Assembly: GCF_963921235.1 (NCBI RefSeq)
Contig: NC_086109.1
Span: 11,532,001 to 11,596,000 of the forward strand
Direction of reading: 5' to 3'
DNA: 64,000 bases
Source of the DNA: Mobula hypostoma
Taxonomy: Eukaryota
The notes beneath the pieces are model-generated. The model made no database searches. It had not been told where the DNA came from and worked only from the letters and a program-made list of their open reading frames with translations. Both the position numbers and the translations under genes were made by a program. Positions 12,921-26,460 of the stretch are shown piece after piece (position 1 is the first letter of the stretch; every line of letters starts with the position of its first letter).

Positions 12921-13687
12921 ACCATTGAGATTCCCTTGAGATTTTGGGGCTTAGTACTGATGAATACCTGAACGATGGTTACTTATCGTTGAAAGTGCAA
13001 TTTTCAGAAGCAGGTGTTGGAGTAACTGAGGCTTTTGATATCCCTGTGTCAGTCTGCCAGGATCTGGTTAATAAAGGGGAAGTTTCCATTGTTGTGGGAA
13101 CAATTACTCCAATTGTGAGAAGGCTCGTGGGAGTGTGTAGAAAGAGAGATGGACAGAATTTTTTGAAAACCGTGTCCACTCACCCTGTGTTCAGAGCAGC
13201 TTTTAATAAGGTGCAAGTTCCTCCTAAGCGGGATGATGAGCATAAATGAGTAACTGTGTCGTAAACCCAGTCCAAACTGGCATGTTACATCCTGAAGAGC
13301 TAGCTGGAGCAACAGGAAACCCCAAGTCTCCCGGAATGCCTGACGTGAGACTCTCCTGATGGATGCTGTAGAGGATCACGAAGAAGAGTCACACTCACCT
13401 GCTGGAGTGCTGATGAGAGGTGAACTGCAGAGACCTTCGGCTGTCCATGCAAACAGGATGACAGTGATTGTCAGGAACACCTCGGAGAAGTGTTACCCTT
13501 AGACATGGGATGCCAATGGCACATCTTTTCCCTGCGATGGGAATGTCTAGTTTTCCAGTGAGAAAACCAGTAAGAAACATTCTCCTGGTTTGGGAAAGTT
13601 AACAGCAAAGTCATTCAATTTTAGTGACTTCCCAGTACCTGAGGAATGGAAAAGGAGGATGACTGAGAAGATGCGACAATTGAAGGA

Positions 13688-16600
13688 GTGAGTGAGGGCA
13701 TTGGCTGGGAAGGAGCGGTTGATTTAAAACCTGGTCGGGACCAGCCTACAACACAAACATTCGAGGTCGACCAAGGTGCAACAAGTGAAATGAATTAGTC
13801 AAAATATGAGCCAATATAATCAAGGTTTGCTCTCGGGGAGCGGCCTTGTCGAGGGAAGTGCCTTGTGAGAAAAGTGCGAGTCTTTGACTCGAGAGTCTTC
13901 CGCGAGGAGGCTGAGGGAGGAGACTACGCCACAGTTGGAGAGGGTGAGAAGTGGTGAAGAAATGACAGGTCAACTGATTCAGTGTGCTGCTTGCATGATG
14001 TGGGAGGTCAGGGGCGTTGATGGTGCCTCTGGCTGCTACAAATGTGGAAAGTGTGTCCAGGTTCAGCTCCTGAAGGACCGTGTTGAGGCACTGGAGAGGC
14101 AATTGGATGACCTCAGGTTCATCAGGGAAACAGAGATTTTTCTGGACAGGACTTGCAGCAAGATTGTTACACCGAAGATACTGGAAGGGAGAGGAGGGGC
14201 GACGATGAGGAAGGAATGGATGCTTGGAGTACAGGAGACCCAGGGGGATGTTCCTCTTGAAAACAAGTTCACCCTCTTGGAAGCTGTCGGGACAGAAGAC
14301 ATTGCCAGTCTGAGAGGCGGACAGGTCTGCGAGTCAAAAATTGGCGCTGAAACAAAGCCGAGGAGACAGAAGTCAGGCAGAGCCTTGGTAGCAGGGGACT
14401 CCATAATGAGAGGTATAGAAAGGGGTTTCTGCGGCAACAGGCGGGATTTAAGGATGGTGTGTTGCCTCCCTGGTGCCAGGATCCAGGATGTCACGGACCA
14501 ATTGCAGGGCATCCTCAAGGGAGAAGGTGAACCACCGGAGGTGGTGGTGCATGTCGGCACAAATGACGTGGGGAAGAAGAGGAGAGACATTTTGCAGCGT
14601 GACTTCAGAGAACTCGGAAGAAGGCTGAAAAGCAGGACCTCCAGGGTGGTTATCTCAGATTTGCTTCCAGTTCCTTGTGCTGGTGAGGGCAGCAACAGGG
14701 AGGTAGGGGATCTGAATGTGTGGCTGAGGAGCTGGTGCAGGAAGCAGGGATTTAGATTCTTGGACCACTGGGATCTGTTTTGGGGTAAGGACGAATTGTA
14801 CAGAAGGGACGGGTTGCATCTTAACAGATGGGAACCAGCGTTCTGGCAGGCAGGTTTGCCACTGCTACACGGGTGTGTTTAAACTACGTAGTGGTTATGG
14901 GGGGAGGATGAACTGGAAATATAAGAATGAAGATAGAGGGAAAGAGAGAATAAGAAAAGTTAAGAAAGACAACAGAATTACAGGGGCAGAAAGCTCAGGA
15001 AGGGATTGGAGAGTATAGCCAAGTGCAATAGGAATCGATGTGAAAGGTGAGGGGAGAAAAAGTATTACTTTAAAAGGATTAAAAGTATTATATATGAATG
15101 CACGGAGTATAAGAAATAAAGTGGATGAACTTGAGGCTCAGTTGGAAATTGGCAAGTATGATGTTGTGGGAATAACAGAGACATGGCGGCAAGAGGACCA
15201 GGGCTGGGAAATGAATATTCAGGGATATATATCCTATCAAAAGGACAGACAGGTTGGCAGAGGGGGTGGGATGGCTCCATTGGTGAGGAATGAAATTCAG
15301 TCACTTGCGAGGGGGGATGTAGAATCAGGAGATGTAGAGTCAGTATGGATAGAACTGAGAAACTGTAAGGGCAAAAAGACCCTGATGGGAGTTATCTACA
15401 GGTCCCCTAACAGTAGCCTGGATATAGGGTGCAAGTTAAATCAAGGGTTAAAATTGGCATGTCGCAAAGGTAATTCTACGGTTGTTATGGGGGATTTCAA
15501 CATGCAGGTAGACTGGGAAAATCAGGTTGGTACTGGACCCCAGGAAAGGGAGTTTGTGAAAAGACTCAGAGATGGATTCTTAGAGCAGCTTGTATTAGAG
15601 CCTACCAGGGAGAAGGCAATTCTGGATTTAGTGTTGTGTAATGAGCCAGGTTTGATAAGGGAACTCGAGGTGAAGGATCCATTAGGAGGTAGTGACCATA
15701 ATATGATAAGTTTTCATCTACAGTTTGAGAGGGAGAAGGGAAGATGGGAAGTGTCAGTATTACAGTTGAACAACCTTGGGTGTCAGTATTACAGTTATGG
15801 ACCCATGAAGGAGGACCTGGCCAAAGTTGACTAGAAAGATACCCTAGCAGGGATGACGGTGGAACAATAATGGCAGGTATTTCAAGGAATAATACAGAAG
15901 GTGCAGGATCAGTTCATTTCAAAGAGGAAGAAAGATTCTAAGGGGAGTAAGAGGTGACCGTGGATGACAAGGGAAGTCAAGGACAGTATAAAAATAAAAG
16001 AGAGGAAGTATAACATAGCAAGGATGAGTGGGAAACCAGAGGATTGGAAGATATTTAAGGAGCAGCAGAAGATAACTGAAAAGGCAATACGGGGGTAAAA
16101 GATGAGGTACGAAGGTAAGCTAGCCAAGAATATAAAGGAGGATAGTAAAAGCTTCTTTAGGTATGTGAAGAGGAAAAAATTAGTTAAGACCAAAGTTGGG
16201 CCCTTGAAGACAGAAACGGGTGAAATTATTATGGGCAACAAGAAAATGGCAGACGAGCTGAACAGGTACTTTGGATCTGATTTCACTAGGGAAGACACAA
16301 ACAATCTCCCAGATGTAATAGTGGCCAGAGGACCTAGGGTAACAGAGGAACTGAAGGAAATTCACATTGGGGACAAAATGGTGTTGGGTAGACTGATGGG
16401 ACTGAAGGCTGATAAATCCCCAGGGCCAGATGGTTTGCATCCCAGGGTACTTAAGGAGGTGGCTCTAGAAATCGTGGATGCATCGGCAATCATCTTCCAA
16501 TGTTCTATAGATTCAGGATCAGTTCCTGCGGATTGGAGGGTAGCTAATGTTATCCCACTTTTTAAGAAGAGAAAACAGGCAATTATGGACCAGTTAGTCT

Positions 16601-17980
16601 GACATCAGTGGTGGGGAAGATGCTGGAATCAATTATAAAAGATGAAATAGCGGCATATTTGGATAGCAGTAGCAGGATAGGGCCAAGTCAGCATGGATTT
16701 ACGAAGGGGAAATCATGCTTGACTAATCTTCTGGAATTTTTTGAGAATGTAACTATGAAAATGGACATTGGAAAGCCGGTGGATGTAGTGTACCTGGACT
16801 TTCAGAAAGCCTTTGATAAGGTCCCACATAGGAGGTTAGTGGGCAAAATTAGAGCAAATGGCATTGGGGTAGGGTACTGACATGGATAGCAAATTGGTTG
16901 GCAGACAGGAAACAAAGAGTAGGGATTAATGGGTCCTTTTCAAAATGGCAGGCAGTGACTAGTGGGGTACCGCAAGGCTCGGTGCTGGGACCGCAGCTAT
17001 TTACAATATACATTGATGATTTAGATGAAGGGATTAAAAGTAACATTAGCAAATTTGCAGATGACACAAAGCTGGGTGGCAGTGTGAAATGTGAGGAGGA
17101 TGTTATGAGAATGCAGGGTGACTTGGACAGGTTGGGTGAGTGTGCAGATGCATGGCAGATGTAGTTTAATGTGGATAAATGTGAGGTTATCCACTTTGGT
17201 GGCAAGAACAGGAAGGCAGATTACTATCTGAATGGTGTCAAGGTAGGAAAAGGGGAAGTACAATGAGATCTAGGTGTCCTTGTTCATCAGTCACTGAAAG
17301 TGAGCATGCAGGTACAGCAGGCAGTGAAGAAAGCTAATGGCATGTTGGCCTTTATAACAAGTGGAGTTGAGTATAGGAGTAAAGAGGTCCTTCAGCAGTT
17401 GTACAGGGCCCTGGTGAGACCACACCTGGAGTACTGTGTACAGTTTTGGTCTCCAAATTTGAGGAAGGACATTCTAGCTATTGAGGGAGTGCAGCGTAGG
17501 TTCACGAGGTTTATTCCCGGGATGGCGGGACTGTCATATGTTGAACGATTGGAGCAACTGGGCTTGTATACATTGGAATTTAGAAGGATGAGAGGGGATC
17601 TGATTGAAACATATAAGATTATTAAGGGATTGGACACGCTAGAGGCAGGAAACATGTTTCCGATGTTGGGGGAGTCCAGAACCAGAGGCCACAGTTTAAG
17701 AATAAGGGGTAAACCATTTAGAACGGAGTTGAGGAAAAACTTTTTCACAGAGAGGGTTGTGGTTCTGTGGTATGCTCTGCCTCAGAAGGCAGTGGAGGCC
17801 AATTCTCTGGATTCTTTCAAGAAAGAGTTAGATAGAGCTCTTAAAGATAGCGGAGTGAAGGGATATGGGGAGAAGGCAGGAAAAGGGTACTGATTATAGG
17901 TGATCAGCCATGATCACAGAATGGCGGAGCTGGCTCGAGTGGCTGAATGGTCTACTCCTGCACCTATTGTCTATTGTCTA
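13688..17980 (+). mobile_element. Near full-length CR1 LINE: ORF1 (Zn finger plus SGNH/GDSL esterase-like, 13884-14882) and disrupted ORF2 (APE-RT, 15040-17893)
   Basis: ORF1 CAACMMWE...CGKC, VAGDSIMRG, VVHVGTND, DGLHLN. ORF2 [53 protein letters not shown]. Stops and frameshifts present. (ATTGTCT)n tail. Confidence 0.95.
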
Positions 17981-20900
17981 AGACTAGTGGGAGCTTGCAA
18001 GGGGAGAATTGGAGAGAGTTTTCTGAAAACTTTGTCCATTGACCCGGTGTTCAGAGCTGTTTGTGAGGAAGTGTAAGCCCATCCTAGGCTGGATGATGCG
18101 AGCACAAACGAGGAATTGTGTGTGGTACATCCAGTCCAAACCTGTCATGTTACGGCCTGGGGAAGAAATTAGAGTGACCAGAATGCCTGACGCCGAGGCC
18201 CTTCTGTTGGATGCTCCGGAAGACCACAAAGAGGAGTCATGCTTACTTGCTGGGGTACTGGTGAGGCCTGAAATGCAGAAACTGTTGGCTGTATACGTAA
18301 ACAGGATGACAGCAATCGTCAGGCACACCTTGGAGTGACAGGTCACGCTCAGGCGCGGGATGCCAATGCCACATCTTTTCCCAGTGACAGTAATGTCTAA
18401 CCTTCCTTTGAGAAAACCAGGAGAGGGACAATCTCCTGCATCAGGAAAGTCGACAGCCAAGTCATTCAACTTTGGTGACTCACCAGTACCTGAGAGTTGG
18501 AGAAGGAGACCGATGGAGAAGATGTTAAAGCTTGAAGATGTCTTTTCTACTGTTGAGTTTGATGTGGCTTGTTCCAAGAGTACTCACCACACCATCCATG
18601 TGACAGAGGACTCCCCTTTCAGAGAAAGGTCTCAATGATTAGCACCAGCAGAGGTGGAGGATGTTCGACACTGAAACTGAAGGAAGCTGGGATTATCACT
18701 GAGTCACAGAGTCCCTATGTGTCCCATAGTGGTGGTGAGGAAGAAGAATGGGAAGGTATTGACTATCAGACGCTGAACCAACACACAGTCCCTGACCAGT
18801 ATACTGTTCCATGGATCGAGGATGCGCTGGCCTGCCTGAGTGGAGTGAAATGGATCAGTATGCTAGACCTAAGGAGTGGGTATTATCAGATATTGAATAT
18901 TGAATATTGAATCAGCTTCTATACAGTTACTCTCCCTTGGGGAAGAAAGAGAGGGGGACGAAAGGAGAAGATTGTAAAGTTTATCTTTGCCCTTCGGAGC
19001 CTTTTGGAGCTAGATAGGATGCAAAATGTGAAGAGGCCTTCCAGTTGCTGAAGGAGCTGCTGTGTTGGTCTTTGCAAAACCCAATTGCCATCTGTACTGC
19101 ATACAGACACCAGGCAATAGGGTTTAGGGGGTGTTTTATATCAGGATCACGGCCCAGGGTTGAAAACTGTCACTTTTGTCAGCTGGAGTCTGTCACCCTC
19201 TGAGTGAAACTACCTCATGCACAAATTGGAGTTTCTGGCATTGAAATGGGCTGTGGTGGGTCAATTCAGTGACAATATGGTGCCAAGTTCGAAGTGAGGA
19301 CTGACAACAATTCATTCAATAATACCCCGATCTCAGTGAAATTGGATGCCACAGGCCATTGTTAGTTGGCAGCGTTGTCTGCCTGTGATTTCGGCCTGAA
19401 GTACTGGCTGGGGTGCCAGAATATCGATGCGGATGCATTGTCCCAATGTTTGCATGTAGGCCTGGAAATGGAGAGAGAGCATTTCTGTCTCTGGAGTTAA
19501 AGCAATGTGACAGTTTTCTACTACGGGGAACTCCGAGGCAAGGCTAGGGCAGGATAGAGCTGTGGATCATTCAAGAGCTTCTGGTTGTGCCATTACACAA
19601 GCCTACTGCAACTTGACTGTTCTGAATATGAAGCAGTTGCCTGCCTTGTGTCCTGGGGAAGTGGCGGCAGATCAGTGAGATGACCCTTGTGTAGCTACCG
19701 TTTTGTCAGCTGTTACAGAAGGGGATATGGCCCAAGATGAAAAGATGAAGCACCCTGCCATATCTCTACCAATGAGAGAACAAACTTGAATTGAGGAACC
19801 AGGTTCTATACAGGGTCACTTCTCCTCCAGATAGGCCTTGGAATTCCTGTTTGGTTTTGCCTGAGAAGCATCAGAGGATTGTGTTGAAGTCACTTCATGA
19901 TGATTCAGGTCATTTGGGATTTGACCGGATTGGTCAGAAATAGGCTGTACTGGCCCTGAATGAAACCTGAGTTTGAACAGTACTGTAAGTCCTGCATTCG
20001 ATGTATTTGGAGAAAGACTCACAACACTATCAGAGTGCCAGAGGACACCCCTTTCCAAGAGAGGTCTCGCTGGTTAGCATGAGCAGAGGTTGAGCATGTT
20101 TAGCAGTGCCAGTTTAAACTGGGCTCCAATATAATTGGGGATGAAGCTGAGTTTAGTAAGGTGGCAAGAGGACCTAAGTCGCTGGAGTGTACGAGTGATA
20201 GATGGGGGAGGCATCCCCAAGAAAACAGGAACAGTACCGAGGAGTGCCTGAGGCTGAAGAAGCTGAAGATGTGATAAGATGGTCTCAGAGAGTCAGGAAA
20301 CTCCCAATAGGCTGGCATATGATGCACAGGGGAAACAGTGTTCAGTCCATACTAATGGTGAGATATGTTACTGGCATGGTGAGGTATGTTACTACCAATG
20401 GTGAGATATGTTACTGGCATTTTCAAATGGATTGGGGATCCCAAAATCACAAACTTCATTTGAATACTGTGTTATTAATAATGGTTTAATAGGTTCCAAA
20501 ATCATGAGGACATGATTATTTTTGGTGGGGCAGAGAATGTAATGCCCTCGTTAAGATTTCTACTGCTATGCTGTGAGGTATTTTATTTTAGCAGTATTCT
20601 GTAAAAGCAGTATGTCCTACTGGTACGAGTGTTTTGACTTCAGTTAAAGCTACGGAGCCTTTTTTCCCAACATTGAAATGTTGTGTCAGCCAGTCAGGGT
20701 TTGTGGGATGTACAAAAGGTTCTAGAGAGCTGGGTGGTAATGGACAGTAGTCTGGTTTGGAATCCTTTAGGGCAGATGCTGCGGAGTGGAGCAGAAGGGA
20801 AGATGCCGCAGAACACCAGTGGAAGGAGAGTCCCCATTGCAAGAAGTGCTTTGTGCAGATTAATGGTTTTCAAGAAAGAAGGACCATTGCAAGAAGTGCT

Positions 20901-21416
20901 TTGTGCCGATGAATGGCTCGAAGGGGAAAGGGCCAATACTCCTGAGAAAACAAGTTTGTTTGAGATGGAGTGTGTGGGAAATTTGGACTGTGGCAAGTGC
21001 TTTCACACAGACTGTGGGTCTAGCGTGGGAGTAAAGTGATACCCCCCTTGATTACTCCAGAAATGAGCTCAAACGTTTATGGGCACATTGGACTGGTATA
21101 ACTGTAATGGGCCCTTGTATTTTTCTTTTCCTTGTTATTGTAACTGTAAAGTTGGTAAATATACAAACGTTTGTACTTACTTTATAATTTTATGCTGGTG
21201 TACAATCTGGACTACCGATAACAGTGCATGAGGAGTATTTACACAGCATTTGCTCACATTGAGGTTCCTTTAATCAGAACATTCCGACGTTCCTGTTTGG
21301 TTCCTTAGACATATGTTGCTTTTGAGAGGCAACCTTCTCACTGCTGAGTTATGTGGCTGTTAACAGAGTTAGCTAACAAGCCAAGTTAGTGTACTAGCCC
21401 CGGTGAGAAGTTAATA
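17981..21416 (+). mobile_element. Gypsy LTR retrotransposon relic B: pre-RT region, RT, RNase H, integrase N-terminus, PPT, 3' LTR (20538-about 21416)
   Basis: IEDALACLSGVKWISMLDLRSGYYQI; HKLEFLALKWAV; FEVRTDNN; SLHDDSGHLG; purine tract ggtggggcagagaa then TGTAAT. LTR is homologous to 9030-9827. Confidence 0.82.
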
Positions 21417-21465
21417 TACATATATTTGCTGAGTATGCCTGCAGGAAAATGCATCTCAGGGTTGT

Positions 21466-22682
21466 ATAAGACCATAAGACCATAAGACAAAGGAGCAGAA
21501 GTAGGCCATTCGGGCCATCGAGTCTGCTCCACCATTTTATCATGAGCTGATCCATTTTCTCCTATTTAGTCCCACTCCCCTGCCTTCTCACCATAACCTT
21601 TGATGCCCTGGCTACTCAGATACCTATCAATCTCTGCCTTAAATACACACAATGACTTGGCCTCCACTGCTGCCCGTGGCAACAAATTCCATAGATTCCC
21701 CACCCTCTGACTAAAAAAATTTCTTCGCATTTCTGTTCTGAAAGGGCGCCCTTCAATCCTTAAATCATGCCCTCTCATACTAGACTCCCCCATCATGGGA
21801 AACAACTTTGCCACATCCACCCTGTCCATGCCTTTTAACATTCGAAATGTTTCTATGAGGTCTCCCCTCATTCTTCTAAACTCCAAGGAATACAGTCCAA
21901 GAGCGGACAAACGTTCCTCATATGTTAACCCTCTCATTCCCGGAATCATTCTAGTGAATCTTCTCTGTACCCTCTCCAACGTCAGCACATCTTTTCTTAA
22001 ATAAGGAGACCAAAACTGCCCACAGTACTCCAAGTGAGGTCTCACCAGCTCCTTATAGAGCCTCAACATCACATCCCTGCTCCTATACTCTATTCCTCTA
22101 GAAATGAATGCCAACATTGCATTCGCCTTCTTCACTACTGACTCAACCTGGAGGTTAACTTTAAGGGTATCCTGTACGAGGACTCCCAAGTCCCGTTGCA
22201 TCTCAGAACTTTGAATTCTTTCCCCATTTAAATAATAGTCCGCCCATTTATTTTTTCTGCCAAAGTGCATAACCTTACACTTTCCAACATTGTACTTCAT
22301 TTGCCACTTCTCTGCCCATTCTTCCAATCTATCCAAGTCTCTCTGCAGACTCTCTGTTTTCTCTGCACTACTGGCTCCTCCACCTATCTTCGTATCGTCA
22401 GCAAACTTAGCCACAAAGCCATCTATCCCATAATCCAAATCATTGATGTACAACGTAAAAAGAAGCGGCCCCAACACGGACCCCTGTGGAACACCACCGG
22501 TAACCGGCAGCCAACCAGAATAGGATCCCTTTATTCCCACTCTCTGTTTCCTGCCAATCAGCCAACGCTCTATCCACATATGTAACTTTCCCGTAATTCC
22601 ATAGGCTCTTGTTAAGTAGCCTCATGTGTGGCACCTTGTTAAAGGCCTTCTGAAAATCCAAATATACAACATCCACTGCATC
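21466..22682 (-). mobile_element. Young 5'-truncated CR1 LINE with a 337-aa uninterrupted RT/C-terminal frame
   Basis: ORF 21566-22579 with [13 protein letters not shown] and KFADDTK, no stops; (TCTTATGG)n tail. Confidence 0.93.
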
Positions 22683-22749
22683 ATAAGGAGATGCTTGATA
22701 GAGAAAGTGAAGAAGAAATAGACAGGGCAACAGGGAGGTGGTCACCCCA

Positions 22750-25700
22750 AGGCTACAGGAGACAGATAAATGAGTGACTGTCAGGAGAGGGAAAGGAGAA
22801 CGTCAGATAGTGGAGAGCACCCCTGTGGCCATCTTCCTCAACAGTAAGTACTCCACTTTGAGTACTGTTGGGGGTGGGGGGAACGACCTACCTGCGGGAA
22901 GCAACAGTGGCCATGCCTCTAGCAGTGTGTCTGGCCCTGTGGCTCAGAAGGGTAGGGAACTGAAGTGGATGGCAGCAGTAATAGGGGATTCTTAGGGGGA
23001 CAGATAGGCGAGAAAGAAACACGGATGGTAGTTTGCCTCTCAGGTGCCAGGGTCCGCAGTGTTTCTGAACACGTCCGCAATATCCTGAAAAGGGAGGGTG
23101 AGCAGCCAGGAGTCGTGTACATATTGGTACCAGCAACGTAGGAAGATCCTGAAATCAGAATACAGGGAGCTGGGAAGGAAGTTAAGAAGCAGGATCTCAA
23201 GAGCAGTAATTTCGGGACTACAGTGAGGACAGGAATAGAACGAGGTCACAGATAAATACATGACTGAAGAATTGGGGCAGGGGACAGGGATTCAGATTTC
23301 TGGATAATTGGGACCCCTTCTGGGGCAGACGGAACCTGCACAAAAGGGACGGGTTGCACTTGAATCCGAGGGGGATCAATATTCTTACAGGTAGGTTTAC
23401 TAGAGCTGTTGGGAATGGTTTAAACCAATATGGCCTTGGGATGGGAACCAGTATGATCGAGCTGAGGATGAGCCCGCAGTTTACAAATGCATATAGAGCA
23501 AAGAGTTAAATTGGACCACAGAGGCAAAATTCAAAAGGGAAAAAAATATAGGACTGAAGGTGCTGTATTTAAATGTGCATAGCATTTGGAATAAGGTGGA
23601 TGAACTCATGGCGCAATTAGAGACTGGTCAGTATGACGTTGTGGACATCACTGAGTCGTGGCTGAAAGAAGGCCAAAGTTGGGGAGCTTCACATCAAAGG
23701 ATATACTTGATATTGAAAGGACAGGCAGGAAGGCATAGGCGGTAGTGTGACTCTGTTGGTAAGAGATGAAGTTACATCTTTAGAAAGAGGTGACATAGGA
23801 TCAGAGAATGTGGAACCTTTGTGCACAGGGTAAAGAAACAGCAAGGGTAAAAAAAAAACATTATGGGAATCATTAATAGGCCTCCAAATAGTAGTCAAGA
23901 TCTGGGGTTGAGATTGCAAAGGGAGCTGAAAAAGGCATGTAATAAGGGTAATGTCATAATTGTAATGGGGAACTTTAATATGTAAGGGGATTGGGAAAAT
24001 CAGGTTGGTGTTGGATTGCAAGGGAGGGAATTTGTTGAATGCCTTGTTACGTAACCGGCAACAATGAATATCAATCGAGACAGGTTATATAAAAACAACC
24101 AAACATTTATTAAACACGGATAAACGATAAGGAAAAAAAAACATACAAAAACTTTAACCAGAAGTTAACCGTTATGCAGCTGTTCAACAAATTGTCACTT
24201 GGCACTGGTTCTTAAAGCGTTAAATGCGAAAACAGTTCTTAAAGCGATACAGTCAGATATAGTTTTTAAAATGGTAAATTCGAAAGTCCAACAGATTTAT
24301 ACGTTCAATTGGGAGAGACTTCTCTGGAGAAGGATTTCTTCATAGATGTGACTTTCCTGCTGGTTCTGTCCAAAGGATTCACGATGCAGTAACTAAACAG
24401 TTTAAAACAACTGACCTTAATTTCCTTTTAAAGAGAGAGAGCAAACCTTTGCATGAACTCTTTTTCTCCTTTGGCAAGAGTTACTTTCGATGCAGGTCGC
24501 TACTCCTTCAACGAAGACTCAATAAGGTCGATCCTTTGTTAAACTGCCAAATGATGCCATCTTCTTCCAATCCTTCGAGTCCTGTACTTCGATGAAGTCT
24601 TCACTCCCCCTACTACTGCTGGAATAGGGTAAATCAGCACATCTAGCAAAAATTTCCAGTCCAATAATATTGTATCTTGCAACAGAACGCAACACTCCAT
24701 TTTAAAAATGAAACTGCGTCACAAAAACAAACGCAACAGAAACGGAGATGCAGCACGTTCTACCTGGAAATCTACAAACTAAAAACTAACTGTGTCATCT
24801 GGGGTCGACCCTTATATACCCATTGTGCGTATGTCATCACGTGACCTCACATTGGCGGGAAAATCACATCAGGTGACCTCCAAAAGAACATTACATCATT
24901 CTCACAAAAAAAACACAGATCTCCTTGAGCATGTAACAGCCTACAAGACGGCTTCTTAGAGCAGTTTGTGCTTAAGCCTACTTGGGGAAAGGCTACCTTA
25001 GATTGGGTGTTGTGTAATAACCCAGATTTTATTAGGGAGCTTAGCGTAAAGGAACCCTTAGGAGGCAGTGATCATAATATGATTGAATTCATACTGCAGT
25101 TTGAGGGGGAGAAGCATAAGTCAGATGTATCAGTATCACAGTGGAATAAATGGAATTACAGCGACATGAGAGAGGAGCTTGTCCAGGTGGATTGGAGGGG
25201 GACACTGGCGAGGATGACAGCAGCTCAGAGATGGCTGAAGTTTCTGAGAATAGTTCACAAGGCGCAGGATAGATATGCCCCACAGAAGAAGTAGTTCTCG
25301 AATCACAGGAGTAGGCAACCGTGGCTGACAAGGGAAGTTAAGGATTGCATAAAAGCCAAGGAAAGGACATATAAGGTAGCAAAAGTGAGTGGGAAGTTGG
25401 ATGATTGGGAAGCTTTTAAAATCCACCAAGGGCAACTAAAAAAGCTATAAAAGGGAAAAGATGAAATATAAGGGCAAACTAGCCAATAATATAAAGCAGG
25501 ATACTAAAAGTATTTTAAATTATATAAAGAGTAAAAGGGAGGTGAGAGTTGATGTTGGACCACTGGAAAATGATGCTGCTGAGGTAGTAATGGGGGACAA
25601 AGAAATGGCAGATGGACTATAAATTATGCATTACATATTTAGACAGAGACGTAACGTAAAGACTTTTACTCCTCATGTATATGAGGGATGTAAGTAACAA

Positions 25701-26460
25701 AGTCAATTTAATAGTGCAGATTATTATCTAAATGGGGAGAAAATTTAAACATCAGAGGTGCAGAGGGACTTAGGAGTCCTCGTGCAAACTAGCAGAAGGT
25801 TAATTTACAGGTTGAGTCTGTGGAAAAGAGGGAAGTACAATGTTGGCATTTATTTCAAGGGGAATAGAATATAAAAGCAAGGAGATAATGCTGAGCATTT
25901 ATAAGGCACTAGTCAGGCTGCACTTGGAGTATTGTCAACAGTTTTGGGCCTCATATCTCAGAAAGGATGTGTTGTCATTGGAGAGAGTCCAGAGGAGGTT
26001 CACAGGGATGATTCTGGGAATGAAAGGGTTAACAGAGGAGGCGTGTTTGGCAGCTTTGAGCCTGTACTCACTGGAATTTAGACGAATGTAGGGTTATCTC
26101 AATGAAACCTACTGAATGTTGAAAGGACTAGATGAAGAGGATGTTTCCTATGGTGGGGCTATCTAGAACTGGAGGGCACAGTCTCAAAATTGAGGGGTGA
26201 CCTTTTAGAAAAGAGGTAAGGAGGAATTTTTATTAGCCAGAGAGTAGTGAATCTGTGGAATGCTCTGCCACAGACTGTGGTGGAGACCAAGTTCGTGGGT
26301 GTATTTAAAGTAGAAGTTGATAGTTTCTTGATTGGTCAGGGCATCAAAGGATATGGTGAGAAGGCAGGTGTGTGGGGTTGAGTGAGATCTGGGATCAGCC
26401 ATGATCGATTGATGGAGCAGTCTCAATGGGCTGATTGACCTAATTCTGCTCTTATGGTTT
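22750..26460 (+). mobile_element. Degenerate CR1 LINE (ORF1 esterase, endonuclease, RT 3' part) with internal deletions and a nested solo LTR
   Basis: AVIGDS; LYLNVHSIWNKVDEL; GGSDHNMIEF; MLAFISRGIEYK. Confidence 0.85.
24045..24938 (-). mobile_element. Solo LTR nested in CR1 endonuclease
   Basis: TGTTAC...GTAACA termini, TSD GCCT (24041-24044 and 24939-24942). Removing it restores CR1 ECLQDGFLEQ. Confidence 0.9.

Larger units (their letters stand above)
9030..13687 (+). mobile_element. Gypsy LTR retrotransposon relic A: 5' LTR (about 9030-9827), tRNA-Pro-like PBS, PNMA-like gag, protease
   Basis: LTR ends ggttaca, followed by ggtgctcgtcccagat (similar to TGGGGGCTCGTCCGGGAT). Gag peptides LLRVLSSVKVLGKVR and AYLFRLEK...PSFTELLREVRVEE, degenerate Zn knuckle CYSSGEDGYFKRDC, protease AILDTGS near 12460. 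Confidence 0.8.

Noticed and set aside
14063-14695. 210-aa minus-strand ORF and similar long antisense ORFs (17392-17748, 17984-18577, 40658-41158)
   Set aside because: Antisense shadows of CR1 or Gypsy coding sequence.
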